The translations under genes and the position numbers were made by a program. A stretch of 64,000 bases of DNA from Takakia lepidozioides. Lineage: Eukaryota; Plantae; Bryophyta. The notes under the pieces were generated by a model, which was not told where the DNA came from, did no database searches, and worked only from the letters and a program-made list of their open reading frames with translations. Numbering within the stretch: the first letter of the stretch is position 1; each line of letters begins with the position of its first letter. Below are positions 48,420 through 61,200 of the stretch, one piece after another. Where the stretch lies: contig CM060731.1 of NCBI GenBank assembly GCA_030704615.1, forward strand, positions 64,356,001-64,420,000. Reading direction: 5' to 3'.

Positions 48420-50861
48420 TATCGTGCGCATACATATCGCTACACAACTACATCACTGTCCAAAACCACACAACACATGTGCACACCACACACTAGTATA
48501 CCACTAGTCCACCACTAGTCCAACCACTAGTCCAACCACTAGGCTACAACTAGTCAGTCACTAGGCTGCCACTATGCTGCCCACTATGGTAGTCACTAGT
48601 CCACACAATCGATAAAGAAGAAGAATACAAGCACAAGCTCATGCGAGCTCACAAAGCTGAAGCATAAACTCATGCATATATAACCTCATCACTCAAATAC
48701 AAGTCAAGCCAAGTGCACCCCACGCCATGGGGAATCCACACTACGGCGCCATAGCTAGGCGTGGTGAGGCTCAACTCAAGAAAGATGAGCCTCCCGCGCT
48801 TGCCGTGAAGATAACCACTCCAGGGCCTAAATCTGCCTTGACCCCTGGATTGACACTTGGGCCAATCCCAAATGTCAATATATAAAAGCTAGCTATTTCC
48901 TAGCTAGTTTCACACTAGTGGTAAAATAACTTGACAGCTGTCGTGCGCATACATATCGCTACACAACTACATCGCTGTCCAAAACCACACAACACATGTG
49001 CACACCACACACTAGTATACCACTAGTCCACCACTAGTCCAGCCACTAGTCCAACCACTAGGCTACAACTAGTCAGTCACTAGGCTGCCACTATGCTGCC
49101 CACTATGGCAGTCACTAGTCCACACAATCGCCCCCCTAGCTGGTGCTTAGGTCCCTCTAAGTCCAAGTAGCCACAAGATGTGATAGTGACCATAGCCTCA
49201 CTAAGTCCTCCACCACTATCTCTACTACACTCAAACTCGATAGAGGCCGGGTGCAAGAGTTGCCCCATCGTTAGTCGCCGTCTTACAACCTGTGAACTTG
49301 AGCTTGAGATCTCATGTATTGACTCCTATGAGCTTGGCCTCCCATATCTTGTTAGCTGCCACTATCCCAAGCAGTGTGGACACAATCAATCTCCGTCAGG
49401 AACCTTCTCAAGAGGTGGTGTCAAGCATCCCATATGCCAACCCCTTGAGCATCGATCACACACCAGCATGGTGGCTGCCCCTTTGGCAGATCCACAGAGC
49501 ATGTGTCCTTCCAAGTCATGCCATCCCGACCCTCCAAGATCAGGACCCCTGAGGGCAACACCTCTCGAACCCTCAGAATAACACGCCCTGTAGTAACATC
49601 CAGAGTCGTAGGAGCAGTCTGCTGAAAATAAACATAGTCACCAGGGCTAAACCTCCGAACCCCAGGACGATATCCTCCACCACGTATAGTGGCATACCTC
49701 AACGTATCACGGTGTTGTGCAATGGCAAGGTTCTCAAAAGCCATGGGCATGACTTTCTTGAACAATTCTGCACGCTGATCACATGCACGTACCCACACGT
49801 CGGGATCATCAAGGTTAAGGACTTGAGCAGTGTCCCTACGAATGGCTGCAAGCAAATCCGGCTCTCGGCCAAAGAGAAGGAAATATGGTGAGAAGGAGGT
49901 AAGTGCTGCTTGTTTGCTGAACCTGTAACCCATGGCTAACCAAGGCACCTGAAGATCCCAATCTCCTAGGTGTCCTTTCTGCAAGCCATACTTGCGCAAA
50001 CCCCTCTTCACCGCCTGAACAACTCTCTCTGCCAAGCCATCGACCTCAGGATGATCCCGAGAAGTGGTGCGGTGGTCTATCAAGGCTTTATCACACAAAG
50101 CCTGAAAACCCCCCCCCCCCAAGAACTCTCTCCCTTGGTCCGTGAGTACCTCAGCTGGCAAATCGGCTAAGCACATGATCCAAGAATGCATACGCAGCCC
50201 CCTCACTAGCCTTGTCAGGCAATGGAACCAACTCAATCCACTTGGAGAAATGCTCCACCATCACCAACACATATTTATGGTGGCTCATAGTCAGTGGCAA
50301 CGGTCCTGCGAAGTCAAGACTCCACCTGTAGCCCAATCCCATGATTGGTAAATGATGCAATTGTGGTGTAGGGGCGTTGAATGAAGCACGCACCCTATCA
50401 CACACCATGCACCTAGCCACAAAGTGTTGCACCTCTGTATGCATACCACGCGCACCAATACTGCCCCTGCAGTAAACTGTGAGTGCGTCGCACTCCAAAA
50501 TGCCCCAACTCCTCATGGGTATGCCGCACTAACCGTGCACGCTGTATTAGGTGAGGCACAATCCTCACTCGACCATCCTCCCACACTCGGAGCCCGTGTA
50601 GCTCTCCCCAATGGCATAGTAACCTCCGCCTCGGTAACAGTCGGGCAAGAACTAGGTGCCATGGATGGCGTCGACACTGTCTCCACCAATGTGAATGACT
50701 GAGGAAGCCTAGCCTGACGGCTTGCCTCCCACATTGTGGATCCAACTCCACCTCTGTACCTCGTGGCTCAGGAACTCGTGTTGCTCCTCAAGTCACGGCT
50801 GCAGCAGACTCCACCTGCACTAGTGGTAGTGCTGCTCCACACATGAATCCCATGCCTCCTA
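48420..50861 (-). mobile_element. Element C, right part: gag tail, integrase (PR/RT/RNase H deleted), PHD finger, PPT, R-GC-L-R terminus
   Basis: HEELGHFG...CMVC, SLDFAGP, LTDQG, GLAERVVQ; PHD 49502-49371; PPT 49138-49131; R 49130-48939; L 48936-48611; R 48611-48420; TSD ACCA at 48416-19. Confidence 0.9.
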
Positions 50862-51043
50862 TATCTCCTCCCTTTGTATTTATCATGCCCTTCAAAAGTA
50901 GCCTCCATCATGGTACATTCCCCCTGGAGGAAGATCCATCGTCTTCCTGGATGAGGGCCTGATATGAGTACCCGACAGAGTATGAGTATGAGTATCATGA
51001 CCACAATACCAGCTAGGGCTGTGGAGGTTTTCGTTATACAGCG

Positions 51044-51141
51044 TAATAGCCAGCCACGAGTACTAGGGCAATACAAAAAAGCTTAATGCACATAATAGCC
51101 AGCCACGAGTACTAGGGCAATACAAAAAAGCTTAATGCACA
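51044..51141 (+). repeat. Perfect 49-bp tandem duplication
   Basis: TAATAGCCAGCCACGAGTACTAGGGCAATACAAAAAAGCTTAATGCACA occurs twice. Confidence 0.9.
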
Positions 51142-51314
51142 GTGCCGATTACACTCTGCGTAATGCACATCTCCGACATTTCCTTATCTTACCTCCAAGA
51201 CCTTTTCTTTCACTAGTCCCATTTCTTTTGCTCATCAAAAGAAACCAGCAATCTCGTCCATCGCAATACCAGCCGGGTATGATATATATGGAGCGAGGTA
51301 TGTATTGCCCCTAG
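51112..51314. mobile_element. Candidate MITE with TA target duplication
   Basis: TA|CTAGGGCAATACA ... TGTATTGCCCCTAG|TA. Confidence 0.55.
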
Positions 51315-51779
51315 TATGGTCTTGCCCAGGATATTGGGCACCCTACCTACCACCGGAGTCTGGTCTTACTTACTCGGGTTGATATCAGTATTGATACCCG
51401 GGTTGTACCTACCGGTCCAACACTCGACACAACATGGATTGACTGCGCAGTCCACATAAAAGGTGGCAGGCATTCTGCACCTATGCAGTGATCTCAAAGG
51501 AGTCCACTGGCACCACAGTCAAGTTGGGCAGGATCAGCAGAGTATATTGTTGCCTCGCTGCTCTCTACTTGCTAGTGTCTGCCGCTTCGAAACTGTTACA
51601 TAAGCGCCATGCTGCTGTGCAGTGGACTTTACCTTATTTGAGCATTGTCAATCTCTCTCATGTTCAACCTCTTCGTGCAGCTGTCTGTGGTTCCCGTCAA
51701 GCTTCCAGTAGCCTTGCAAAGGACTGGGCTTGTCTTCGTCCCTTCTAATTCTAACATCTGGCACTGGGATATTGCGCTT

Positions 51780-52899
51780 ATGGGCAGCTACCTTCAACCA
51801 ATTCTCAAACAATTCCTCCTCGAGCTTGCATTGCCGCCTGCCCAACCGATCCATGTAGCGGACTTTGGATGCTCTGTGGGTGCCAACACGATCGCGTACG
51901 CCAAGCTCATTGCTGACAGCTTGAAAACAAAGCTAGCATCAGGACAAGAGATTTTCCATTTTTTTTCGGATTTGCCCTCCAACGATTTCAACACCTTGTT
52001 CAACCAGTTGGCAGGTGACGGTGGAAGGGAGGAGAGGACATGGTTTGCTGCAGGTGTTCCGGGCTCCCATTTTGATCGATTGTTTCCTCGTGCGAGTCTC
52101 CATGTTGCGATCTCCACGTTCGGGCTCATGTATTTGTGCGAGGTACGATGTCGTTGTTCTCATTATCTCGAATCTGTTGATCGGCTCACGACAATCTCGC
52201 AGTGCAGAGTTGCTGTCAGATTGTTTGTGTTAAACGCATTGCATGTTGTGTGCAGATTCCGAAACAGGTTCTTGACAAATCTTCGCCCGCATACAACAAG
52301 GGACGTATCTGGATACAAGGTTCAAACCCAGTGGTAGCGGAGGCCTACGCGCAGGCTTCAAGAGCATGTTTGCGCACATTCTTCGAGCGCCGTGCCGATG
52401 AGCTCGCGCCCGGTGGACTGGTGGCTGTGCATATCGTCTCTAGAGAACATCGGGAGCACCCCGAGAATCAGTTTCCTGAGCACAGGTGGAACGGGTTCGC
52501 AGCGATGAGGAGGCGTGGGGAGAGCTCGTGAACGAAGGTGCTATCGACGCAGAGCTGCGAGACTCGTTCAACATGCCACTCTGCTACCCGAGCGAGGAGG
52601 AGCTCCGAGAGGCCATCGAATTGACGTCCGCGTTCCACATCAAGGAGCTCGAATATTTTGACAATGTGCAGTTTTTTCCAGAGGAAGATGCCGATGAGTT
52701 CTTCACGGATGCGGAGTCATATGGGAAATTCTTGAAGAACATGATAAAATCCATCTTTAGCTCGATGGTGACGGCTCACATTGGAGCTGACCTCAGCGAC
52801 AAGCTGTTTGAGCGTGTGGCACATTTCCACACTAAGGCATATCCTGCACTCAAGGCCAAGTGTGAGCACATCCTCATTGCAATCCTCATTAGACAGTAG
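51780..52899 (+). pseudogene. SABATH-family SAM-dependent methyltransferase, frameshifted near 52505
   Basis: ADFGCSVGANT, FFSDLPSNDFNTLF, GVPGSHFDRLFP; intron 52143-52255; YNKGRIW, DSFNMP. The frame switches between ORFs 52202 and 52486 with no intron. Confidence 0.85.
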
Positions 52900-53665
52900 A
52901 TTACCGAATGTCGGTGTAGTGAACATGGTGCTCCTGTCTTTCCTGGGCATCAATTTCAATTTCACGGCCTTCTACATCATGTAAGAATTTCAGTTTTCTG
53001 TGGAATTCTCTTTAATGTGAGAGAGGAAGTGGAACGATTGACCGATCTCCATGGACAACTGAAAGTGTGAATGAGCTCGTGGAGCGAATTAACGATCAAG
53101 CAGACAATCCAGCAAGGGACTTTCATGTTTGTAGTTTCTTACGCTCACCGATGCGTACTCGCTCATGTACGGTCATGATTTTTGGTTACTCCATGATTGG
53201 TGAATTAGTGCAGACGGATAAATGTGGATACAAGTTAATTCTGAGGAGGATTTGCGGATACTCTTGGTCTTAACATATATTCACGAAGTTTTCCATGAGT
53301 TTGACAGACTTTGCAGAGGAGCCGAGAAAAGCACGCCAATTTGGGAAAGTGAGGACTGCTGTGGGTGTTTCTTTTCGTTCTTTGCAGGTTGAATCTCTTG
53401 TATGGGGGCCACTACACTGGGTAGGGGAAGTGGAAGAATTGCTGCAGATTTTGAACCAAGGAGGAATATTGGCAGACTCAGATTACTTATGTCAGCCTCT
53501 TGCAGGAGTGCATGAAGATGAAACGTCTAGTTGAAGGAAAGCCATCACAAACCAGACAAACCAAACTAGTGTGGGCGCACTAGTTTGTCTAGTCGACACC
53601 CACTACGCATCTGCAAACTGATTCTCTATCATCTTCACTTGTCAATGGAAACTCTCAAAAGTGTT

Positions 53666-56600
53666 TCAAGTCCAAGGACGGGGCTTATTCAACACTTCAA
53701 GCAGCTGGGCCTCTGGAGACTCCGGTTCAGGAATCATGTTATATTTCCACGCTACCAAAGGAGGGGCTGCACATTTCACAGAGCAACTGTGCTCCATCAG
53801 TATCAAATAAATCAATCAGCCTATGCTTCTTTTTCAATCTCTGTCAAGAAAAATGTACTCGACCATTGATGTGAAAGTTGGCTATGACACACCTTTTCAG
53901 ACTTGTATACTACCTCTTTGTTGACTTTCCACTAACCAGCCAATCAGGATTGCAAAAATACACACCAAATCTACTTATTGACCATAAACCCAACCCCCAG
54001 AGAGAGGAATGGATATTGTGATAAGTTAGAGCAAAAAGGTCAATACCTGATACCATAATAGACTCAATACGTCCACCGTCCAACCCAAACTTCACACCAC
54101 GATCATAGAGTAAATTGAACTCCAAGTATCGCCCACGTCGCATTAGTTGCCATTGTCTTTCCTTCTCTCCAAATGGCAAAAATCGCCTCTTTTCAGCTAT
54201 TGGCAGGTAGCTAGGCATGAAACCTTCGGCCACCTCCCTCACAAACCCGAACACAAAATCTTTTTGAGACTTACCAAGGTAGATTGGTCCCTGCGAAATT
54301 GATGATGGAGATTCAATACAGAGATAAAAGATTAATTATGAACTTCTCTGTGTCATAAAAAACTTTGTTTGAAAAGATGCAAGAGTGAAACATGGCACAC
54401 TGTTACCAATGTGAGAACTACAGCCATTCCATTTTGGATTGCACCAACCAGGTAGAGAAAGATCTCCAGAATCTATGCTCCAGCATTGATGTAATTACAA
54501 AGAATGATCATACGACTTCAATCTCTTCAAATGACAGAGTCAGTTTCTTGGTCTGTACAATTCATTCTGGTCAAATGCAATGAGCTAGTTACATCTTCTA
54601 GAAATCCAAACATATATGCTTTCTTACCTGTGCATCATCAAAGCAGTTATTACCCAGTTTCTCCAAATCATCAAAGAATATACCACCAGTACCCCGGTGT
54701 TCTTTGCGGGCTGGCAGATAGAAGTAGGCATCACATGCTGCCTTGCACTGGGTGTAGAACACTGGGTCATACTTGTCACACATGGCCTTGTAGAAGGTAT
54801 GGAAGTCCCGCACGTCTTCTTCAAATAAGTCTGTATTTGCAGCAGAGGTTAAAAATTTGGCATGCCCTTTTAGAATTATTACTCTGTGGATATGATACTC
54901 TCAAGGCAGGTCATAGCCCATGTGTCACAGGGAATAGTCAAGGAGTGCATCTGTCCAATGCACAACAGGGAGTTAGGCCCTAGACTAACAAGGACCAATT
55001 GGGGTGTTGCGATAGGATGCAATACTTACAGCAAGGCGTGAGGTCTGCTCCCCCTCCAAACCAGCCATCACATCCTTCAACCTGAACTCCGTACAAAGTT
55101 AGCACTTAACTAAATCAGCCTTGTTCTTGTATCTGCAGCTTCTGAGATTTTGGAGCACATAATACATTAAAGACTGCAGCACTTCATGTTGCTCTGAATC
55201 AGTAACCTTCTGCAGCACGACCACCACATGTAGTCACATAGAATGGAGTGCATATTGCTTTGGGAATTGGAAGGAAGAGATAGAGGTTTCCTAATAGGTA
55301 TTCATCTGGGGTCTTCCCCATTTTACACACAGAGAAGGTGAGAACCTCAAAGTAGCGGATGTCAGAACGAAAGGTGGGAACAAATGGGCTCCTCGGGTGG
55401 AACACAACCGACAGTGCCCCAGCAAAGTAGAGTGCACCAGCCTCCACCCCACGCCCTCTTGCACTCATTGCCTGCATGAAGTTGCCAACCACAGTGCTAC
55501 GGTAAAAGTGCAAATGGCTTAAGGTTCTGCAGAAAATAACATTCTGAACAAGGCAAATCTAATGTGCTATGGTGGACTTACCACTTCTTGATACATGGGG
55601 CTAGTCCATGAGCAACAGCAGGACCCACTAACACCCACCTGAACCTTTCAGTATCTAACCCTGCACAATGACAATTGACTCGCTCTGGAGTCTGGCTGTA
55701 GCCACACTCTCTGAAAACAGGCAATCCAAGGCATCCCAGAACTGACGTTCTACATAAATGTCAGGATCAACACAATCAAAAGGTGGGGCCAGCCACAATG
55801 GATGGAGATAGTTAGAAAGCGGCCAAGGGCGATGACTGAGTCATGTGAAGCTTCTAAAAAACTTCCCAGAGGGCATAGAGGACACAGCTAAGTAGTCCTG
55901 GGAGCACATCACATACGGGTGTTGCAGAGGTTACGTTGCTGTCAACCTACCTACAAGGCGGTATCTGGTGCGCTGGGTACTACAAACTGGGGTGATCTAA
56001 AAACCAACCACCCAGGCAAACAAGGTGGAAGCATCTTCGTTAGGGACTCACTGTTTCTGACAAAAGTGACTGCCTTGTAACTGAGTTTATTCACCTCTCT
56101 GGATATGAGAGACAGCATGGCAAATGAAGAGCAACAGAAACAAGGGCATGAAAAAGAGGGGCACTGGAATCCCAGGCATGCACACCTGCCTTGGCCCTGG
56201 CTTCAGATAGTTGCCCCCGAACCACTGACACATTGGCAGCTGCCTTCTCCAACAGATCACCCTCTTCCATCACCCTTGTGATACCATAGCTGCACATCAG
56301 GGAGTTGCCAATTATGCCAAAAGTACACTGGTTGTGGCAGTGTTGGCTAATGTCCTCTTGTATCTTTCAGATATTGAGTCTGGTGCCAGGGGCATCTGCT
56401 GGTTGGCTATGGTATGAGAGAGTAATGGAGGATCAGACCTATCTGGTGTCCATCTACCTGTTATTCAATCACCAGTCTGTATCAAAGTGCCATTACAATG
56501 ACAATCTTAAACATTGCAGAGGTCCTCCTTCAAGATAAGATACACTGAAGCCAGAGAAAAAGGATGTCGCGTATATAGCTTTGCAGGTCTCACCCATTAG

Positions 56601-57521
56601 CCGAATCCTTGCCCCTCTCCCACCTATCCAAACCAAAGACCTTGCCAGTACCATCCACTGCAGCAGCCTGGATGCACAAATAGTGGGGATCAGAGTACAA
56701 TTCTACCACGGATATAAGTTCCTTCCATATGAGAACAGAATGTACTAGTAAGTGCAGTGCTGGTACAATGTGGATGACCTTCCAGCCATTGAGCCTGTGG
56801 GATGTGATTCCTTCCAGCTGAGTGACAATCATAGCATAACCACAGCCAGCAAATGTCCTGAGGCGCAATATAAGTGGTTTCAAACCCGAATGTGACATTG
56901 GTCGGTATTAAACCCTTGCCAAAACCCCATAGAATGAATGCCTACAAACTCCAAACACTATCGGTTCCCTTTTGCTGATCAGATAGCTTCCAGCAGTCTA
57001 ATACGGCAAGTGAAAAGTGATGTCCAATTTCATTGTGAGTGATAAGATTTGTGAAGCTACCACTATGTGCCGGATACGGTTTTCCAACTGTGAGTTCATA
57101 AACATGTATGTTATCGCGATACACAAATTGTGAAAAGACAATGGGGACGAAACCGAGTCAAGTCTACAAATGCGACACTATGATGCTCCTATCCTGAATA
57201 ACCAACCTCTTTACAGATTGAGCTCTGCATACTCAGCAAAAACGATTCGAAACGCTCCTGTGTGAAGGCGGGCATATCTAACCCAGATGAAACCTCCTTC
57301 CCAACACTGCAGGTGTGCACACTCCTTGAATCCCCGAAAATTGTTAACCCCGTCCTGCCTCCATGTGTTCTTCGAGCATCCACAGACCTCCATTTAATCT
57401 TCAGGCAGCATCCGAGGAACCTACCAGAGCCATATCTAAACGAGGAATATGAAACACTCACACTTGGGGAGGACCGAGCTGCACAAGATATGGAGGCAAG
57501 GCCCTTTACATTGAGCTCCAT
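53666..57521 (-). CDS. Oxygen-dependent coproporphyrinogen III oxidase family protein (8 exons)
   Basis: Exons 57521-57207, 56667-56594, 56289-56190, 55471-55346, 55081-55030, 54830-54628, 54290-54047, 53766-53666. Motifs [46 protein letters not shown]. Confidence 0.93.
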
Positions 57522-58208
57522 GGCGGAGAGTAGACCGACCACTCTTCCTCTTCTTCCATTTATGTTTACTTCATCCCCTTGCTGGTCATCACCTCCATCT
57601 TCGAGTTAGTGCTAGTGCTTCGACGGACAGCAATCTCAACATAATTAGTCGTTTCTAGAACCCTTCATTCGCCATTATCATCCATAACCTACAACGGAGG
57701 ATCGACTCAGCAGCAGGATAATCCATTTTCAGTTATTTGGAGGCCCCGTTGAGGGGGCTGCTCAAAAATTAGGGTATGCCGCTTTTTGTACCCCGCGCAC
57801 GGTATTCTTTAGTAAAAGGCGAAAGAATAGTTCGCTTTGTGCTGAGCACACGGCTGTGTAGCATATAGCAGAAGTTCAGGCTACTTATACTCTTCCTCGT
57901 GTGCCTTGATATGGGCAAACGATATGGGATAATGTTTTTCAATGGTCTTTGGCGCATTGAGGCCCCTAAGACCCGGTTTGCTTCGCACCTGCCATGAACG
58001 ATACGTTGATCTGATCTGACGGTTGAGATGACTAGTTTGGTATCACCGTCGTGGATCGATAGAGATGAGTAGGTGTAGTGTAGGTGAGGTTGGATATGGT
58101 CTTCGTTGAGAATTGCACAAGGGAAGCGAGTTAGACACACTGCAGAGTGGATGTAAGAGGCTCGTGATCTTCTGCAGTATAAAAAACAGAAGAACCAGGG
58201 AGGAGGAG

Positions 58209-61200
58209 ATGGGGGGTTCCATGAGCTACTTGCTGGGGACGCCAGGGCCGAGTGGGTATGGCTCGGCTTCAACGGCCGAGGAGGTCACTGCAAATGTGTC
58301 GCTCAAATTGCACACAGTCATTGTTACAGGTGCTCCTCCATGCATTTGTGACTTTCCTGATCTTTCAGTTGTTTGTATGGGATTTTCACAGTCAAATTCA
58401 GGAGAGGGCGGAATAGATTGTGTATGGAGGAGCTCGGGGGAAGGATAAACCAAAATTTGTTGTGAACGATGTAGCATCAATGCACTGAAATTAGACAGTG
58501 ACAGTGTGTTAAGCAAATTTCAATGGAAATGGTTGTGTGGTGTAGGGGCGACATCTGGGATAGGGAAGGAGACAGCGAGGGTGTTAGCGAAGAGAGGAGC
58601 TCACGTCATCCTCGCTATCCGCAACACCAAAGTGGGAGAGCGAGTGAAGGCTGAATTTTTGGCAGATATCCCAGCTGCACGCGTGGATGTTATGCAGCTG
58701 GAGTTGAGCTCTTTGTCTTCTGTCCGAATATTTGCCGCACAATTCCAGGATTTAAATCTTCCTCTCAATACTCTTATGTGAGTTTTCGCTAGCTGATATA
58801 TAATAGCACTTTACAGTAGACTGGTTCTTTAAGGGAGGCCGTCCCCTAGAGTAGAGTCTCGTCCCCGGAGTAGCTGTGCACAGCGAATTGTCAAATACAG
58901 TGCTCAAGCACAGGCTCCCAGTGCAACTTCAATTCGAGAGCACTTGCAACTCTCAAAGCAAGTGTTCTGCAGGATGGAATGTTAAGGGGGAGGGAAATCG
59001 TAGTGGGTAGGAGTTTATAAGGGTAGGAGCCGAGGTCCAAGAGTGAGGCGGGCCAGGGAGGCTATGTCTTTGGAGCTTGTGGTTATGTGCTAGAGAGATA
59101 CTGTTGCTAACATTTCCACGAATTCATGAATAAGCTAACATCTGAGTTCACAGTAACGGATGTTAGACATCGTTTGCACACAAACAAAGCTCACGAGCAT
59201 GGTGGACCTGCGCAGCAATAATGCAGGGATATTTTCATATAATTTCGAGTTGTCCGTTGATGGCCTGGACTTGGTGTTTGCTACCAATCACATGGGTGCG
59301 CTCACAGACCCTCGTGACTTCCTTTTGAGTTCAATTTTTTTTTAAACTCAACCAAAAAGTAGAGATCGGTGTAGAGCAAAATCTGGGCCAGGGCGACGTT
59401 TGAGGCTGGGAGAGGAACAAAGTCGAAAGCTCGTGGAAATGCCCTCATTAGAAGTGTTTCCTGAGACCGTGCTGTCTACAAATTTGAGGGCATATTCCTA
59501 GAACTTCAGCGATTAAAATGATTCGACGCGATTCTTAAGACTAGCTTGGGTGCGGCTTTTGTATTCATGATCAAACAAGAGGAGAGTGAGATTAAATTTC
59601 CTGGAGCTGTCGGAAACCATGCAGGTCACTTTCTATTAACAAGCTTACTGCTTGACAAAATGAAGACAACCGCGAGAGAGACTGGCATTGAGGGCCGCAT
59701 CGTCATTTTGACATCGGATTGGAGGAAATTCCACCCCAGGGGTGGAATCGACTTTGAAATGTTGAAGCAGAAGAAGAGGTGAGGAGACCTCGAAAGGCCA
59801 TGATTTGGAATTCAGAAGGGGCCACCTGCGTCATGTCATTGTTGAAAATGTATTTAAAGGGCTTTAAATTCTCTTCTTGTCTCGCTGTGGGGCCGAGCGC
59901 TAACATGCTATCAACGTGTGCTGGGAGTAGGAATGCTGGTATAAGTCAATATGGTCAATCAAAGCTTGCTAACATACTTCACGCGAACGAGCTTGCGCGG
60001 CGTCTCCACGTGGGTTGTCTGCTCTCTCTCTCTCTCCCTCTCTCTATCTTTCCACTTTCATTCAGCACTCGGTTTGCGCGCAGCAGTCTCGAGCGTTGTT
60101 TAGACGAGTCGCTTACAGAGGCTGTAATATTCCTTTCTCTTCAACTGTCATCTCTATTATGCGATCCGGGACTCTCTTCAAGTTGGAAGTTGTTTTTGGA
60201 CTTTTTGAGGGCCCCACATTGCTTCTTAAATCCTGTTTTCTTTCGTCCCAAAAGATGTTTGAGCTTTCTTTCTTTCAATTTCGTAAGTTAGTCTTTTCAA
60301 TGCTTATAATCTTGGGTCCCACCCACAACCCAGCTTCTGAAGATTTCAGCACAAGTACCCTGGTCGATTGGTTCTAGGAGGTCCAGAGGGTTTCAATGTT
60401 GATCAATGGGATCAATTCTTATGCAAGTGGGATGTTGAGTTTGAGGAGCAATTGCTTTTTGTGACAGGAAGAGGACGCAAATGTGACAGCCAACTCAGTC
60501 CACCCTGGAACTCTCAGAACCAACATTGGACGAAATGGCATTCTCGGCACATTGGCACAAGGTGATCAGCTGCCTCACATGGAGCTCTGAAATTTGCTTA
60601 AAACTCTGAGACGGATCTACAGAATAATTGTACATGATCCAGCATCTAAGGAGTTTATAGCAGTTGGGGTTATACTGGAGTTTCTGCCTGCAGGTGCATC
60701 TCAAAGTTCAAAATTGAGTTCTCAGGAATGGTTTCCTCAACAAGATACCATATTTCTTGAGTTTAGTGCTTTACTTTCCAGGGTATAGCTCAGTAAATTG
60801 CAGTACAACATCTCGAAACGACCTAAAGATGAGGATGTAGCCTCGAGTGTAGGGTTATGTCCTTCACCTGATAGTGGTTTATGGATACTTGGGACAGACG
60901 CTTTCTATCTTGTGGGCTCCATTCGGAATAAGAACCTCTCTCAGGTGCGTATGCTCAACTCCCTTGCACATTGTTACACAGTAGACACTACATATGGTTT
61001 TTCTTCTATAACGAGATGCTTAGGCGATGCTCTCTCCAACTTTAAGGCAACAAGAAGAGGAAAGGGCCAGGAAGGTCAAACTTCTCTTCAGTACGTTGCA
61101 CCTCATCAACGAAAGAATACAAGAACCCAAACAATCTAACCTTCGGAGAACAAGAACCTTGGCAAGCTTCCAAAACTAACTTTGACGCACAGGCCACCTG

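Noticed and set aside
21953-50861. Classifying A or C as DIRS/Ngaro elements because of the split repeats
   Set aside because: Both encode HHCC+DDE integrases, have PPTs and apparent TSDs, and no tyrosine recombinase was seen.
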